A DNA stretch of 64,000 nucleotides, from NCBI GenBank assembly GCA_046563655.1, contig CM102284.1, forward strand, positions 5,828,001 to 5,892,000, read 5' to 3'. Below, piece by piece: positions 13,227 through 25,304 of the stretch. The position numbers and the translations under genes are program-made. Under the pieces are notes generated by a model. The model saw only the letters and a list, made by a program, of their open reading frames with translations, had not been told where the DNA came from and searched no databases. This DNA comes from Yuukianura sp. NJ FZ-2021. Its lineage: Eukaryota. The first letter of the stretch is position 1, and the number at the start of each line of letters is the position of its first letter.

Positions 13227-14507
13227 ACTTAATTTGTGCATCTTCATACTTTACTTGACCTGAATTCAAGCGGATCGCCCGGGTACAACTTTTTTTAGCA
13301 AGTATCAAGTATTATTAGCCTCACTTTAGGATTTTTAAGAAGCAGGAGCAGGAAAAGAAGAAGGTGAAGACATGTCAATTAGCTATGACCTCGCGTGTTA
13401 GAATAACTCGAAAACATCATGTCAGTGTCACTAAATGACAAATCACAATCGTTGTAACGTTTCCTCTTCTTGCATGTACATTTACACTGTTAGATTTAAA
13501 TTGTTAAGTTAGTTTTTGTAATTAATGTGATAATATGACTAGGTTTGGTGCTTATATGAGTCAGCCAGAACGAGTCATTCTTCTTAACTTGAGTACTTAA
13601 ATTTCCAGAATGAAATCATGTTAGAACGTTAGTTAGTAGCAGGATGACTAATCCCAACTTTTGTTTTTTAAATTTTATTTTCATGTGAAAGTTCGTTTAA
13701 GTTTTTTCAGCAGAAGCACAATTTCGTCACGTTTTGAGAAAAATTCACACGTTACAAGACTCTGGTATTTCAAAAAGTGCATTTATGTCTAACGTTACAC
13801 CAAATTTTGAAAAAGCAACCTTCGACTCTCACTAAAAAGTGAGTCCAAAAAGTGTTACTAAAATTAAAATTACTAACAATGTTGTTTCAGTATTGGCATA
13901 CAACTACTCCTTGATAAATAAATTTCGAAAAATTTACAGCAAAACTGATGTTTTCTTCTGAATTAGACTTGAAATTCTGTTTAAAAACTTATTAATTGTG
14001 TTAGTAATTAACTAATTAACTAAAATTTTAACGGAGTCAGTTGGTCATTCTGCTATCCGTTGCAGATTTCATGCAAAGGCAAGATTGACCGATTCATCAC
14101 TCTCCGTTAAGAACCGAAGGTCATTACCGAAGGTACTCGTTTTTACTATGCTTCAAGTGTAGAAAAGCAACAGAAAGGGAAACGTAACCATAGATGGATA
14201 TTTGCAATTAGTTTTGTTAAATAATATTTAATTGAGAAAGTAATTAAATGTCTGTGTTCATTTGAATTTCATATAACTTATTTTAATTTCAACACACTTT
14301 ATCCATTTGAACTGGGTTGTAGAAAATTCATTTTTGTCGAAAACAATTGCCAAAGTTGTTTTATTTTTAAAATCTCTTTTTACGTGCCATCTCACTTCTC
14401 ACACGCAAAATACATACAAGCGAAAGTAAGATTGACTAAACTTCCAACAGGAATCGCTGCAATTTCGCTTGCTTTTTAGCAAAAAAAAAATAGCGTTGGA
14501 AGTTGCA

Positions 14508-15800
14508 AACTTATAGCAACAAAAAACAGGTTTTTATTGCTATAAGTTAGACGCCGTATGAAAATCAATTATTTTCTTTCATGGTGTTTAAATAGGAATT
14601 CCTTACACAAAAACAATAAGGATTTTTAGCGGCGTGAAAGAATAGCATTAATAAAAAAGATAATTTTCAAGAAAATTTTCATGCTCAGCGACAAAATGAA
14701 AGGAGGAGAATGATAAGGAGTTCCTCACTTGTTGAATTTCAAATTCGTTTTATCCAATGCCTTAAACCTTAGAAGCAATGAATTCCATGAATTTTTTCAA
14801 AACAAATACTGAAAATGTACTTTTTGCAAAATTTTTGCACTAAAGTATGCGAAATATTGTTTCGCAACTTCAACTGGTCGATGGAGTTGCAGAAATTGTA
14901 AGAAAGTTGGAATTTTTTGAATTTTGTAATTTGGGAAATTGGAAAGTGTCCGGAGTGAATTTGGTCGATTTGAGATAGGGTATTGTACGGAGCAAAGGGG
15001 CAGGTAGCCCTTCTCTGCTTTTGGGATTTTTGTATAGGAAGGCCGCCAGCGGGAAAAAAGTCGAGAAAGGAGAGGAGCCTTTGTGACTCGCCTAATCTCC
15101 GCATAGCTCCGGACAGTTTCGAAGCAGAGCCTACCCCTCTGCAATGTTAAATCTCTTTCCAAAATTTCAGAAAATTCAAAAACTTTTAAAATTTATATCT
15201 CTTGAACAGAATGCGTTAGAGAGTTAATCTCTCCACTCCTGTATTCAGAATGATCTCTAGAATAGTTTAAGTCCAAAAACCCGAAATCGAAATTTCTACT
15301 AATTTTTAATAAAATTCTTGAACTATCATAGTCTATGGATTTTTTCAAATTTCATCAAAATTTTGAAGGTGCGTTTTTTTTGCGAAATTTTGCACCAAAT
15401 TACATGAAATGCTATTTTGGAACAATGAGCTGAGCGCTCAATCCACTGAAATCGCTGTAAAGTAGAAATTCAAAATTTTGTTCAACCTTTCTTCTCATTT
15501 GGTTTAGGCGCTAGTTATTTAAAATAATTCAGTCTAGCGTTATTAGCTTGTTTCAAATGAAAAAAATTTTTATGCCACTGTGAGGAGCTCTCTGAAAATT
15601 CGATTTCCCATTTTTCAAAACTTGACAAAATGTTGAAAATGTGTTTGGAAATGTTGTGTACCGAATTAAGCGAAATGTTGTTTTGCAATTTTACCCGGCT
15701 GAGGCCGATGGGCTACGGCATTGGAAAGAGTTGCAAGCTTCTGCAAAACCGCTGAATTTTTTAAAACGAGCATATTCTAAATGTGCGTTTCTTTGGAATA
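14508..15800. repeat. Dispersed non-coding repeat, copy A (unclassified, probably non-autonomous TE)
   Basis: Co-linear with 17240-18470 (offset ~2739 bp); shared core GGCCGCCAGCGGGA...TCGCCTAATCTCCGCATAGCTCCGG; left edge has a perfect 12-bp inverted repeat (14508-14519/14537-14548). Confidence 0.8.
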
Positions 15801-16047
15801 AAAAAAAAACATTACAATTATTTGTAAAATTGGATTTCTGAATTTTGCATAAGTTGGATGCCGTTCGTTAGAAAAACTCAGAATTTCTATGCTTTCCACG
15901 TAAGTTAAATAAAATAAAATTACAACTGGAGGATTTGTATTTCAATTTCGAAAATTTTAATTTCTTTGACTATTTTTAATTATTAAAATTCGAGTCATCA
16001 TTTCAACAATTTTAAAATCAACTAACTATCATAACAATTTACAAAAT

Positions 16048-16980
16048 TCACACAAATCGCTTGTGATTCAGAAATTCCACTTGCAGATCGTGGTTATGCG
16101 GTTCTGCAAAGTAAAATGTTAAATATTTAAAAAGTTGTATTTTAACTTCTTTGAAACGAGACTGTTGAACTTACTGAGGCAAGGAACAGTGTCGCTGCAT
16201 TGGTGACTGACGGGGTCAAAGTTGGTTCCTGTTGGACACTGGAAGTGGTAGGGATGTCCGTAGAAGCAATTGTAGTATTTAGTACAATCAACAGGGTCAG
16301 GCATCATTCCGTTTTGGCGACAATGAACTTTACGACATACCCGAACAAAACGTTCCGAAACGCAAATCTCAGCTTCTGGAAGGTAGCCCATCCCATCGCG
16401 ACAAGTCTAGCAACATTTTTAAAGGGAAGTTATAGACTAAATTTAATGTTTTGACTAAATTCAATGATGAGTTAGGTCAAAGGTCACTCGTAGAGGTCCT
16501 TACATGGAGACTGCTTACTCCTTCGACACAGATGTAGTACCTGCAAAGTGTAAAAAGAATGCTAATTGTACTGGTATCGGCAAATTTTGAAAACAATGCT
16601 CGCGCAATTTCAATATTTTCCTTTTAGGTTTTGCAAATTTTTGCGAAAGGTCACCTGTGACAATCCGTTGGATCCGGATGGAAGCTTGTTTCATTTGATG
16701 GACAAATGAAACTCGGATTCTCAGGAACTGGTTCATCATTTACGCTGGAATGTTATTAATTGCTTTTTAAGTAACTAAGTTTTATTAAAAAATTTCACTT
16801 TTTATGATTCCAAAAAATTAATTATATTGCAGCTTACGATTCCCCACTGGGTGTTTCAGCCTGACAACCAGGACCGATACAGTAACTGATTGATGGTTCA
16901 TCTGGGGCCAGGTCAAGTCTAGCACTGGTTCCCCATAACAAACTGACAATCAGTAACACTGTAAAAAACAAACGGACCAT
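16048..16980 (-). CDS. Secreted peritrophin-A (CBM14) chitin-binding protein with two domains
   Basis: Signal peptide MVRLFFTVLLIVSLLWGTSA; domain 1 CPSNETSFHPDPTDCHRYYICVEG..TCRDGMGY...IC...C; domain 2 CRQNGMMPDPVDCTKYYNCFYG...QCPTGTNFDPVSHQC...C; 5 exons with GT-AG. Confidence 0.88.
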
Positions 16981-17239
16981 TTTGCTTTGATTGTCGCTTA
17001 TTCATGTCAACTACTTCTAAAAAAAGTCGCAATTTTTATATAAATTATTACATAGTTAATGATTTTTTAACGACTGCATAGTATTTTGAAAATTCTGCTT
17101 TTGTATCCAACTTGACCTGCATGGAACCGGACGAACTGATTTATCGTGGGTCATCCACCCTGAAATGTTAATTAACCAATCAGAAAGCGATAGTGCTTGT
17201 TAGAACTTATGGTTATAAAATTTTCAAATTATATAAATT

Positions 17240-18950
17240 TTCAAAATTAAATCAAAAACTGAGGTTTTCATTACTAAAACTTTTACGCCGCGTAAAAATT
17301 AATTTATTTCTACCATGGTGCATAAACAGAAATTCAATACCCAAGCATAAAAATAGTTTTCAAACGGCGTGAGGCTATAGCAAGAAAAAAAAAGAATAAA
17401 TCAAGAAAATTTTCAATGTTCAGCAACAAAATGGATGCTGAAACGAAAATATAAATAGTTCCTCATTTGCTGAATTTCAAATATCTGTTTATCCGCTGAT
17501 TTAAACTTCAAAAGCACTGAATTCCATGAATTTTCTCAAAACAAATGTTGAAAATGCACTTTTTGCAAAATTTTTGCACTAAAGTATGCGAAATGTTGTT
17601 TTGCAACTTCAACTGGTCGATGGAGTTGCAGAAATCGTAAGAAAGTTGGAATTTTTTGAATTTTGTAATTTGAGAAATTGGAAAGTGTCCGGAGTGAATT
17701 TGGTCGATTTGAGATAGGGGATTATACAGAGCAAAGAGGCAGATAGCTCCTCTCTGCTTTTGGGGTTTTTGTATGGAAAGGCCGCCAGCGGGAAAAAAGT
17801 TGAGGAAGGAGAGGAGCCTTTCTGACTCGCCTAATCTCCGCATAGCTCCGGACAGTTTCCAAGCAGAGGCTACCCTTCTGCAATGTTAAATCTCTTTTCA
17901 AAATTTCAGAAAATTAAAAAACTTTAAAAATTCATAGCTTTTGAACGGATTGCGTTAGAGAGCTAATCTCTTCACGCCTAAATTCACAATGATCTTTAGA
18001 ATAATTTAAGCACAAAAAACCGAAATCGACATTTTTACTAATTTTTAACAAAATCCCTGATTTTTTGCAAATTTCATCAAAATTTTGAAGGTGCGTTTTT
18101 TGCGAAATTTTTGCACCAAATTACATGAAATAGTATTTTGGATCAATGAGCTGAGCGCTTGATCCACAGAAATCGCTGTAAAGTTGAAAATTTAAATTTT
18201 TTCTTCATAAGTGAAAGTTTTTTCTTATTTGATTTAGGCGCTAATTAAAATTTAAAGTAATTCTGTCTATGGTTTACCTAGCCTGAAATTATTAATTTTT
18301 TATGCAACGTTGACGACCTTTGTGAAAATTGGATTTCTCATTTTTCAAAATTTGATAAAATTTTAAAAATGAGTTTGGAAAAGTTTTGTACCAAATTAAA
18401 GCGAAATGTCGTTTTGCAATTTGACTGCTGAATTTTTTAAAACGAGCATATTTTGAATTTGAATGTGCGTTTTTTTTGCGAAAATTTTGCATTAAAATAT
18501 GCGAAAAGATGTTTTGCAACTTGAATCGAGCGATGGATTCACAGAAATCACTGCAAGTTTGAAATTTTTTAGAATTTTTTAAATGAGGAATTATGCATGT
18601 TTTTTTGGAAGTTTTTGAAAGAGTCTTTTACATGGGAGGCCTTCGGGAGAGCAGAAAAGTAGATCGGAGATTGTACGAAGCGAAGAGGCGAGATAGGTCT
18701 TTTGCTCTTGTGTGCTTTTTGTATGGGGAGGCCGCCAGCGGGAGAAAAGTTGAGGAAGGAGAGGAGCCTTTTTGAGTCGCCTAATCTCCGCATAGCTCCG
18801 GTCAGTTTTTCAGAGGAGCCTTCAATCTCGCTGTGTAAAATCTCTTTCCACAAAAAAACTCAAAAACTTTAAAAATTCATATCTTAGGGACGAAATGCAA
18901 TAAATTGTCAATTCCTTCGCCAATGGAACCTCAAAAATCTTCTTTTCAAA
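17240..18950. repeat. Dispersed non-coding repeat, copy B plus a more diverged partial unit
   Basis: Same orientation and sequence as copy A; core motif recurs at 17781 and 18731 (950-bp period). Edges approximate. Confidence 0.8.
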
Positions 18951-19164
18951 AACTGTTCAAACTTGTTATAAAGTTTTTATGTGCTATTAAAATATTGCTG
19001 ATTCCTTCTATCGCTGATTCCTACGCCAAGAAACTCAAAACGAATAACACGAATGAACTTCTTTACTTTTATTTTACACAAGTTTTTATTTATGGAATGC
19101 TTAAAAAAGCGGACGGTTTGATGAATGATTGGTCTTTATCGGTGTTGAGTGCTCAAACGTTGAG

Positions 19165-20933
19165 CTAAATCACGTTCAGTTTCTTCCCAACTTTTATAAA
19201 GGCTTCAATCGTTGCTTGGATTTCATTTGGCTCGTGAGCTGCGGAGATTTGGACACGAATACGAGCTTTGCCTTTTGGAACAACCGGGTAGCTGAAGCCA
19301 ATGACATAAATGCCCTCATCTAAAACAAATGAAAACAAAAAATCAATTTCAATTTATTATCGTTTCCATAAACTGGTTTCTTTGGCAAGATAAACTTGAC
19401 TCACGGAGCATTTCATCTGCAAACTTTGAAGCAAGCGACGCATCTCCTAGGAATACTGGACAAATGGGATGATTTTCTCCAAGAATTTTAAAACCAGCCT
19501 TGGTCATTCCGTCTCGAAATTGTTTTGTGTTCTGAGCTACCTTTTGGCACAAGCTAGAACTGTTGAGAAGCAGGTCAAAGACTTTGTTTGCACAGCCGAC
19601 GACCGGCGGCGGCAAAGAGTTGGAGAAGAGATACGGACGTCCTCGTCTATTGAAAGATTGAAACACAAAACAATTAAAAAATGTCCAAAAATCTGTGGAA
19701 AGCAATTATATTGCTGGCAAAGGTGACTGAATTGCCTACTTACTGACGCAAAAGGTCAATCAGTTCCTTTGGTCCCGTGGTGTACCCGCCGCTGGCTCCA
19801 CCTAACGCTTTTCCAAGCGTTGAATTTATGATGTCCACTCGAACGTTTTGGCCTGTCGTTTCTTTGATGAATTCCTCTGTACCGCGTCCCGTCGATCCAA
19901 AGAATCCGGTTGCATGACACTCGTCAACGAAAACCATTGCGTTGTACTTTTGAGCCAGAGAACAAATTTCGTGCAAGGGAGCGACATTTCCATCCTGGAA
20001 AAATAAATCAATAGTTTCCTGGACGTTTACGCAACGCAAATTTGGTCGCCTGATGTAGAAGTGAGGCTTACCATACTAAAAACACCATCCGTAGCAATTA
20101 GACACCTTCTGGCTTTCTTGTTATTGGCTTCGATTAATTTAGCTTCCAAATCAGCCATGTTTCGATGAGAGTAGCGCAGTCTCTGGGCTTTGCAGAGTCG
20201 AATACCGTCGATTATTGAAGCATGGTTGAGTTCATCCGAAATGACGGTGTCTTCCACTGACAGGATTTGCTCAAATAGACCAGCATTCGCGTCGAAACAA
20301 CTCGGGTACAAGATGGCATCTTCTCTCCCATGGAATTTTGCAATTTGCCGTTCCAATGCCTGCAAAAATACCATTTTCAGCTTTCAATACTTCCGCGGTT
20401 TTAAAATTGAAATAGTATCGTTTCAGACAAAACTAACCTTGTGAATGTCTTGAGTTCCGCAAATGAATCGGACAGAGCTTAGCCCAGCTCCATATTTCGT
20501 CAAAGCAGCTTGTCCAGCAGCAATTACTTCTGGATGGCTCTAAACAAGAAACTTCACATCAATTCATCACTCTATTATTGACAATTTGAAAATTGAAATT
20601 ATCTGTGCTAAAAACTTACCGACAAGCCCAAGTAATTGTTGGCACAGAAATTGAGGAGAGTTTGTTTAGTGCCTTCAACTCCTACGCGAGTGCCTTGTTT
20701 TGTTGTGATTACTCTTTCGGTTTTCCATGTTCCAGCACTTTGGATTTCCTGTAAAGTTACCAAAATATCAATTTTTCGAAGAAAAACCGAAAGTCAAATA
20801 CCAGAATATTTTAAAATCATACCTGCAATTCTTTTTTTAGTTGCTCATTGAATGTTTGCAAAGCAGTACTGTATCGCCGTCTAATAAAAACCTTAGCGTT
20901 CGGAACAATTACATGCCGAGAAGCCCACATCAT
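19165..20933 (-). CDS. GCAT: 2-amino-3-ketobutyrate CoA ligase (glycine C-acetyltransferase), mitochondrial
   Basis: [77 protein letters not shown] (PLP lysine), [32 protein letters not shown]. Confidence 0.95.
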
Positions 20934-21444
20934 GGAATTACTAGTGAAAGTTTTTGTAAAATTATAAAATGTACAACGAATTATTACAAGTTGTCAAATT
21001 GATCTGATTTTGTGTAATGAAAAAAGCTCTCTGGAAGTGGTTACTGCTCTTAACGTCTATCTTTTACATATAAACTCAGTCACTAGGCTATGCATGTAAG
21101 TATATAAGTTTATCCGCAGAAATTTTTTTAGCCTTGGGTTCTTCCAAGTCCTCAACACTGCACTTTAACACTTCAAATCTACTTTCAGAAATGAGATGAG
21201 AAACAAAAAAAAAACTGTCATATAAGCAAACAGAATGTGATATTCAGCTTTCGGAAACAAAATTATTTATGAGTTGCTAATCGATACTACCCGCGTCTCT
21301 CCTTGATCAATCCACGCCAACTTTTGGAGAGAGACTGAGACATGCAAAATCCAATAGATTGGCTCTACATTTTGATATTTAATGGGAAGCGTTAACTTGT
21401 TACTTCGTCTGATAATCTTAACCTTTTAAATTACCAACTTGAAT

Positions 21445-22533
21445 TTATGTATCCTGATTCAATTGTACTTGACGGACCAACACCAAGATCTCCTTTCGAA
21501 ATTCAAATTCATCCCCTGGAGAAGATGTCACTTGCATTTCGCCAGATCGAAGCCCTTGAAGTACCGCTGACTTTTTTTCTTGAAGTTGCTTCCCTTTAGA
21601 TTTCAGTTCTTGACGAGCAGTTCCAAAGGAAATTAAGGCCAATTCGGTATGAATCCATTTCCGCAGAATCAGATCTGCCTGATGGACTTCGTTTTCGGCA
21701 CAAATTCTTCTGTCTCTGTTTGATGCTTCGACGGAACCATTCAGAGGAGTACTTCGAACTGGATTTGCAAGAGTGTAAATTAGGGTATCGTAGATCAGTT
21801 TATGTGTAGAAGAATCAAGGACATCGGAAATCTGAAGACACAGAGCATCAGCAGCATTTTGCAGAGGATTTGGTTCTTCTAACTTCTTGTTCATTTCGTC
21901 GATTACTCCACTTGGAACTCGATTGTCTTCATGTCGCTGTAAATTCCGTTCTTGGCAGACCGCAACGGTAGTTTTAGGGTAAAGAACACAAAAACCAATG
22001 CTATTTGATTTCGAAATTTGGTAGATGTCGTACCGCATGCTTTTGTAGTAGTTGTTGTCGTCGATAAGTAGAATGTAGTCTTGTGAACTGCTTTTAGAGC
22101 TAGTGGAGTTGTCAATTGTTTGTGTGGTACGGAAGACTTGAGATAGAAAAGCAGCAACAAGGGCTGCTTTTGGCAGTAGTTCTTCGTTCGTGTCCAGTAG
22201 GTCTGCTTCCTCTTCCAGGACTTTACTGAATCGATCTGGTTCTTGGTGTTCTACTCTTCCGTCTTGCAACGTCTTTACGAATTGGTCAATCAGTTTAAGA
22301 AAGTTGGTGCGTAAGGTTTTCGCCAATGTAGTATGTTGTACAAAGTGGGACTGGATGTGGATTGGAACAAGAGCATCAAACTCTAGAAGAATGATAGATG
22401 GAACTTCGTTCGCAGATTCCGATTTACACAACAGTGATGTCGTTAGTTTGATAAGTTCTTGGCACAAAGTTGTTTTACCAGAACCCGGGAGCCCCATCAG
22501 TGTCACTAGTGAAATCCTTTTCGAATTTTCCAT
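21445..22533 (-). CDS. PSTK: L-seryl-tRNA(Sec) kinase, single exon
   Basis: 362-aa ORF; N-terminal P-loop LMGLPGSGKTT, LLIDDNNYYKSMRYDIYQI, CQERNLQR, MNKKLEEPN, and C-terminal HQADLILRK, characteristic of eukaryotic PSTK rather than KTI12. Confidence 0.88.
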   Translation of the reverse strand: MENSKRISLVTLMGLPGSGKTTLCQELIKLTTSLLCKSESANEVPSIILLEFDALVPIHIQSHFVQHTTLAKTLRTNFLKLIDQFVKTLQDGRVEHQEPDRFSKVLEEEADLLDTNEELLPKAALVAAFLSQVFRTTQTIDNSTSSKSSSQDYILLIDDNNYYKSMRYDIYQISKSNSIGFCVLYPKTTVAVCQERNLQRHEDNRVPSGVIDEMNKKLEEPNPLQNAADALCLQISDVLDSSTHKLIYDTLIYTLANPVRSTPLNGSVEASNRDRRICAENEVHQADLILRKWIHTELALISFGTARQELKSKGKQLQEKKSAVLQGLRSGEMQVTSSPGDEFEFRKEILVLVRQVQLNQDT

Positions 22534-22582
22534 TTTTGAAACCGTATTGTTCAGCTAACTGGCACTACGAAAGGCTATTAGG

Positions 22583-22970
22583 TTATTTTGCACTTGGGGG
22601 ATCTTGCTTCGCTGCTTCTTGAGACTTGGCAGTTTCTTCGTATTCTTTCATTTTTCTTTCTTGAAATTCCGGATTAATTTCTACGTAGCACTGCATCAAG
22701 CGTTGATTGGCGTTAACACGTTTTCTAACACAAGTGTCCACACAACTAAGTTCGTCATTTTGAAGTTTCAGTTGCCCCATGTCGTAAACGCAATGCTTGA
22801 AACAACTTTCGCTCAATTTGTTGAAAAGATACAGGAAATCTTTTAGCTACAAAAACAAACAAAACCACAATTATTAAGAACCATGACCTATCTAATCCGC
22901 TAAAGGTAAAGCAAAAACGAGATGTGAATGTCGCAATGTCCCTTACGTTCCTCAGTTCCATAGAATCCAT
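22583..22970 (-). CDS. Small Tim chaperone, Tim9b/TIMM10B(FXC1)-like
   Basis: Exon 1 MDSMELRN (22970-22947) + exon 2 LKDFLYLFNKLSESCFKHCV...ELSCVDTCVRKRVNANQRLM; twin CX3C motif; C-terminal extension as in TIMM10B. Confidence 0.88.
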
Positions 22971-25304
22971 TACAAGGACGAGATATTAGTCCGTAGGATC
23001 AGTAAGACTGAATGTCACGAGGATTTGATTGGATTGACTTCCCTAAAAACAGTCCAGTTAAACCAGTCATAAACTGTAACAGTTTGAGCGGTAGAAACGT
23101 GATTAATCTTACCTTTTAAATTAAGCGATTCGGTGTATCGTCCTTCGACATTGTAATAACCAGGATAGGCGAAAACAAAGAGACGAGATTCAGACGATGG
23201 AAACCAATTGACATCCAAATCCAATGTACGAAGTATCGTAAATTTGAAGCTGACTCGATTCTTCCAGCGTTATCTACAAAGTAGCGTGAATTAGGAAAAT
23301 CTTATTAAACAAATGGAATACATTTGTGTAATACTGTATTTAGTGTAACAATTGAAAGCGAACGATTAATGAACAAACGAATTAATGAAAGAAAAACGAT
23401 TACTCACTCACCTTTCAATCGTTGCACGTTGTTGTGATTTTGATTGACAAAACACAAAAACAAATTTTGAATTCCCAGTCGGTAAATTTTTTCAAAAAAT
23501 TTCCCGCGTCCATGTCTCACCTTGCCCCATATTTGTTTTCGCGTTCCTGAAAATTGTAGAGCCAATTAGTTCCCTTCAACAAATGAATCACTATTTAAAC
23601 TACAACTACAATTAACATTTTAACGTTATTTATGCCTGTAAAACATATGCTAAGATTGTCGATTACCTTAATTTATAATTGGTAATACGTTACGTTAATA
23701 GTTCCATTGAGGAGAACGCTGAGTACAAAAATGGCTTACAAACATGAATTTCAAAAAATTAAGTTTACGAAAGTGAATTCTTTCAAATTTATTTCTTCAA
23801 CAGTTTCTCTTTTTTTAAACTTCTAAACCTGAAAGTGATCAGAGAAGTTGTTCAAATTTCTTTTTCTCTTTTTTGAAATTCCATTTTGTGTAAGTTTTAC
23901 AGAGTAACTTTAAAATTTTCTCAAAAACCAATAATTCCCCTTTACATTTAATTATTATTTCTCATTCGGGGTGAATTTGTGTAAGGTTACGAGTTTAGTT
24001 ATTAAATTTATAGAGACAACCACCATAAAATGAAGATCAAGAAAATAAAATCTTAGGAATATACATACTAAATGGTGATCTACTTTTACGCCTTCCTTGT
24101 ACTGGGTGGGAATTATTCACGAAAAGACCTCTACTTCCTCCCATTAACTTATTACCAAAAACAGATTTTAGGAATTGAATCATTCAAAATAACAACAACT
24201 CTTCCCTTTCTTCCCTCAATTAGTAACTGTGATTAACTTAATTAGTAAAGCTTACACAAATAAAACTAAAAAATTTCAACACTTAGAGTTAGTCCATTTA
24301 GTAGGCAGCATTACCATCATGATTTAGCTAGAGAGGCAAGACACAACTATTTGTCTACACTACAAATTACTAAAGAAAGATTAAACATTGAAAAATAGAA
24401 AGGAAAATGCAGCTAAAAGTGGTACGTAAACTAAAGTCTAAACTTTACGACTTTCTAAACAATCTACAACTGTTAAAAACGACTTGTACACACCATTTAA
24501 AACTGAGGAGCTAACTATAAACTAGCTAAGGTTAAAACTAAACACAACTAAACTTAGCTACACAAGTTAAAACTAAAGACAGACAAGAAAGCAGTACTAA
24601 ACATTTATCTGTCTCCCATTTTAAAATATTCATAGATTTTTAAACCCCTCTGAAACACTTAAGACATTTCGATTGTAATTTGTAACACTACTTTCTACTT
24701 TACATTTTCAAGTTTCTGCTTTTCTAACTAAACATTTAATTAGTATTACTTAAAAGTAACTTCCATACTTTTTTCTGAAATCCTACACCAATATTTATGT
24801 ATTTCACAAATATTATACCATATTATACCTTTCCTTGTGAATATAACTGGATTTGTAATTAATTTTTACCAACAAGTTAATTACAAACAACAAACAGAAA
24901 AATGCGTTAAAAAAGAATTTGTACTCGTCTCCTGAATATCTCCAACCTCTTGCACCATCATCATCTTTGACCCTCCATTTCTTCACTTCGATCAGAAACT
25001 GTGACTTGACGTTTACTGCATGACGGCATTTCGTTTGTAGATTTCAACACAATTGGCAGCAAGTTGAGGTTGTCTTCTGAATTCCTCTGGATTTTCTGAT
25101 CTTCCCGTCGCCTCTTGCTTGACTAAACGATTCACACTAAAACATTTGACATTCTAAATGCTAAGTTCTAAACTTTACGTGTAAACAGTGCTCTTTGGAA
25201 AGTAAGTACAAGAATTCGGGAGGTTATTCCTATTGCACACGTTGGTTGGTGATGATGAGATCTTAGATCGTCCTTTCCTTCTGCGCTTGTGTGACATCAG
25301 CTTC

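Noticed and set aside
14039-14095. Hairpin as pre-miRNA or H/ACA half
   Set aside because: Large internal loops, no H or ACA box; within chance expectation.
14769-18853. Similar ORFs MRRLGES... (14769-15104, 17508-17843, 18569-18853) as a gene family or transposase
   Set aside because: They are antisense read-throughs of the non-coding repeat; no recognisable domain, and the frame is not maintained in the third copy.
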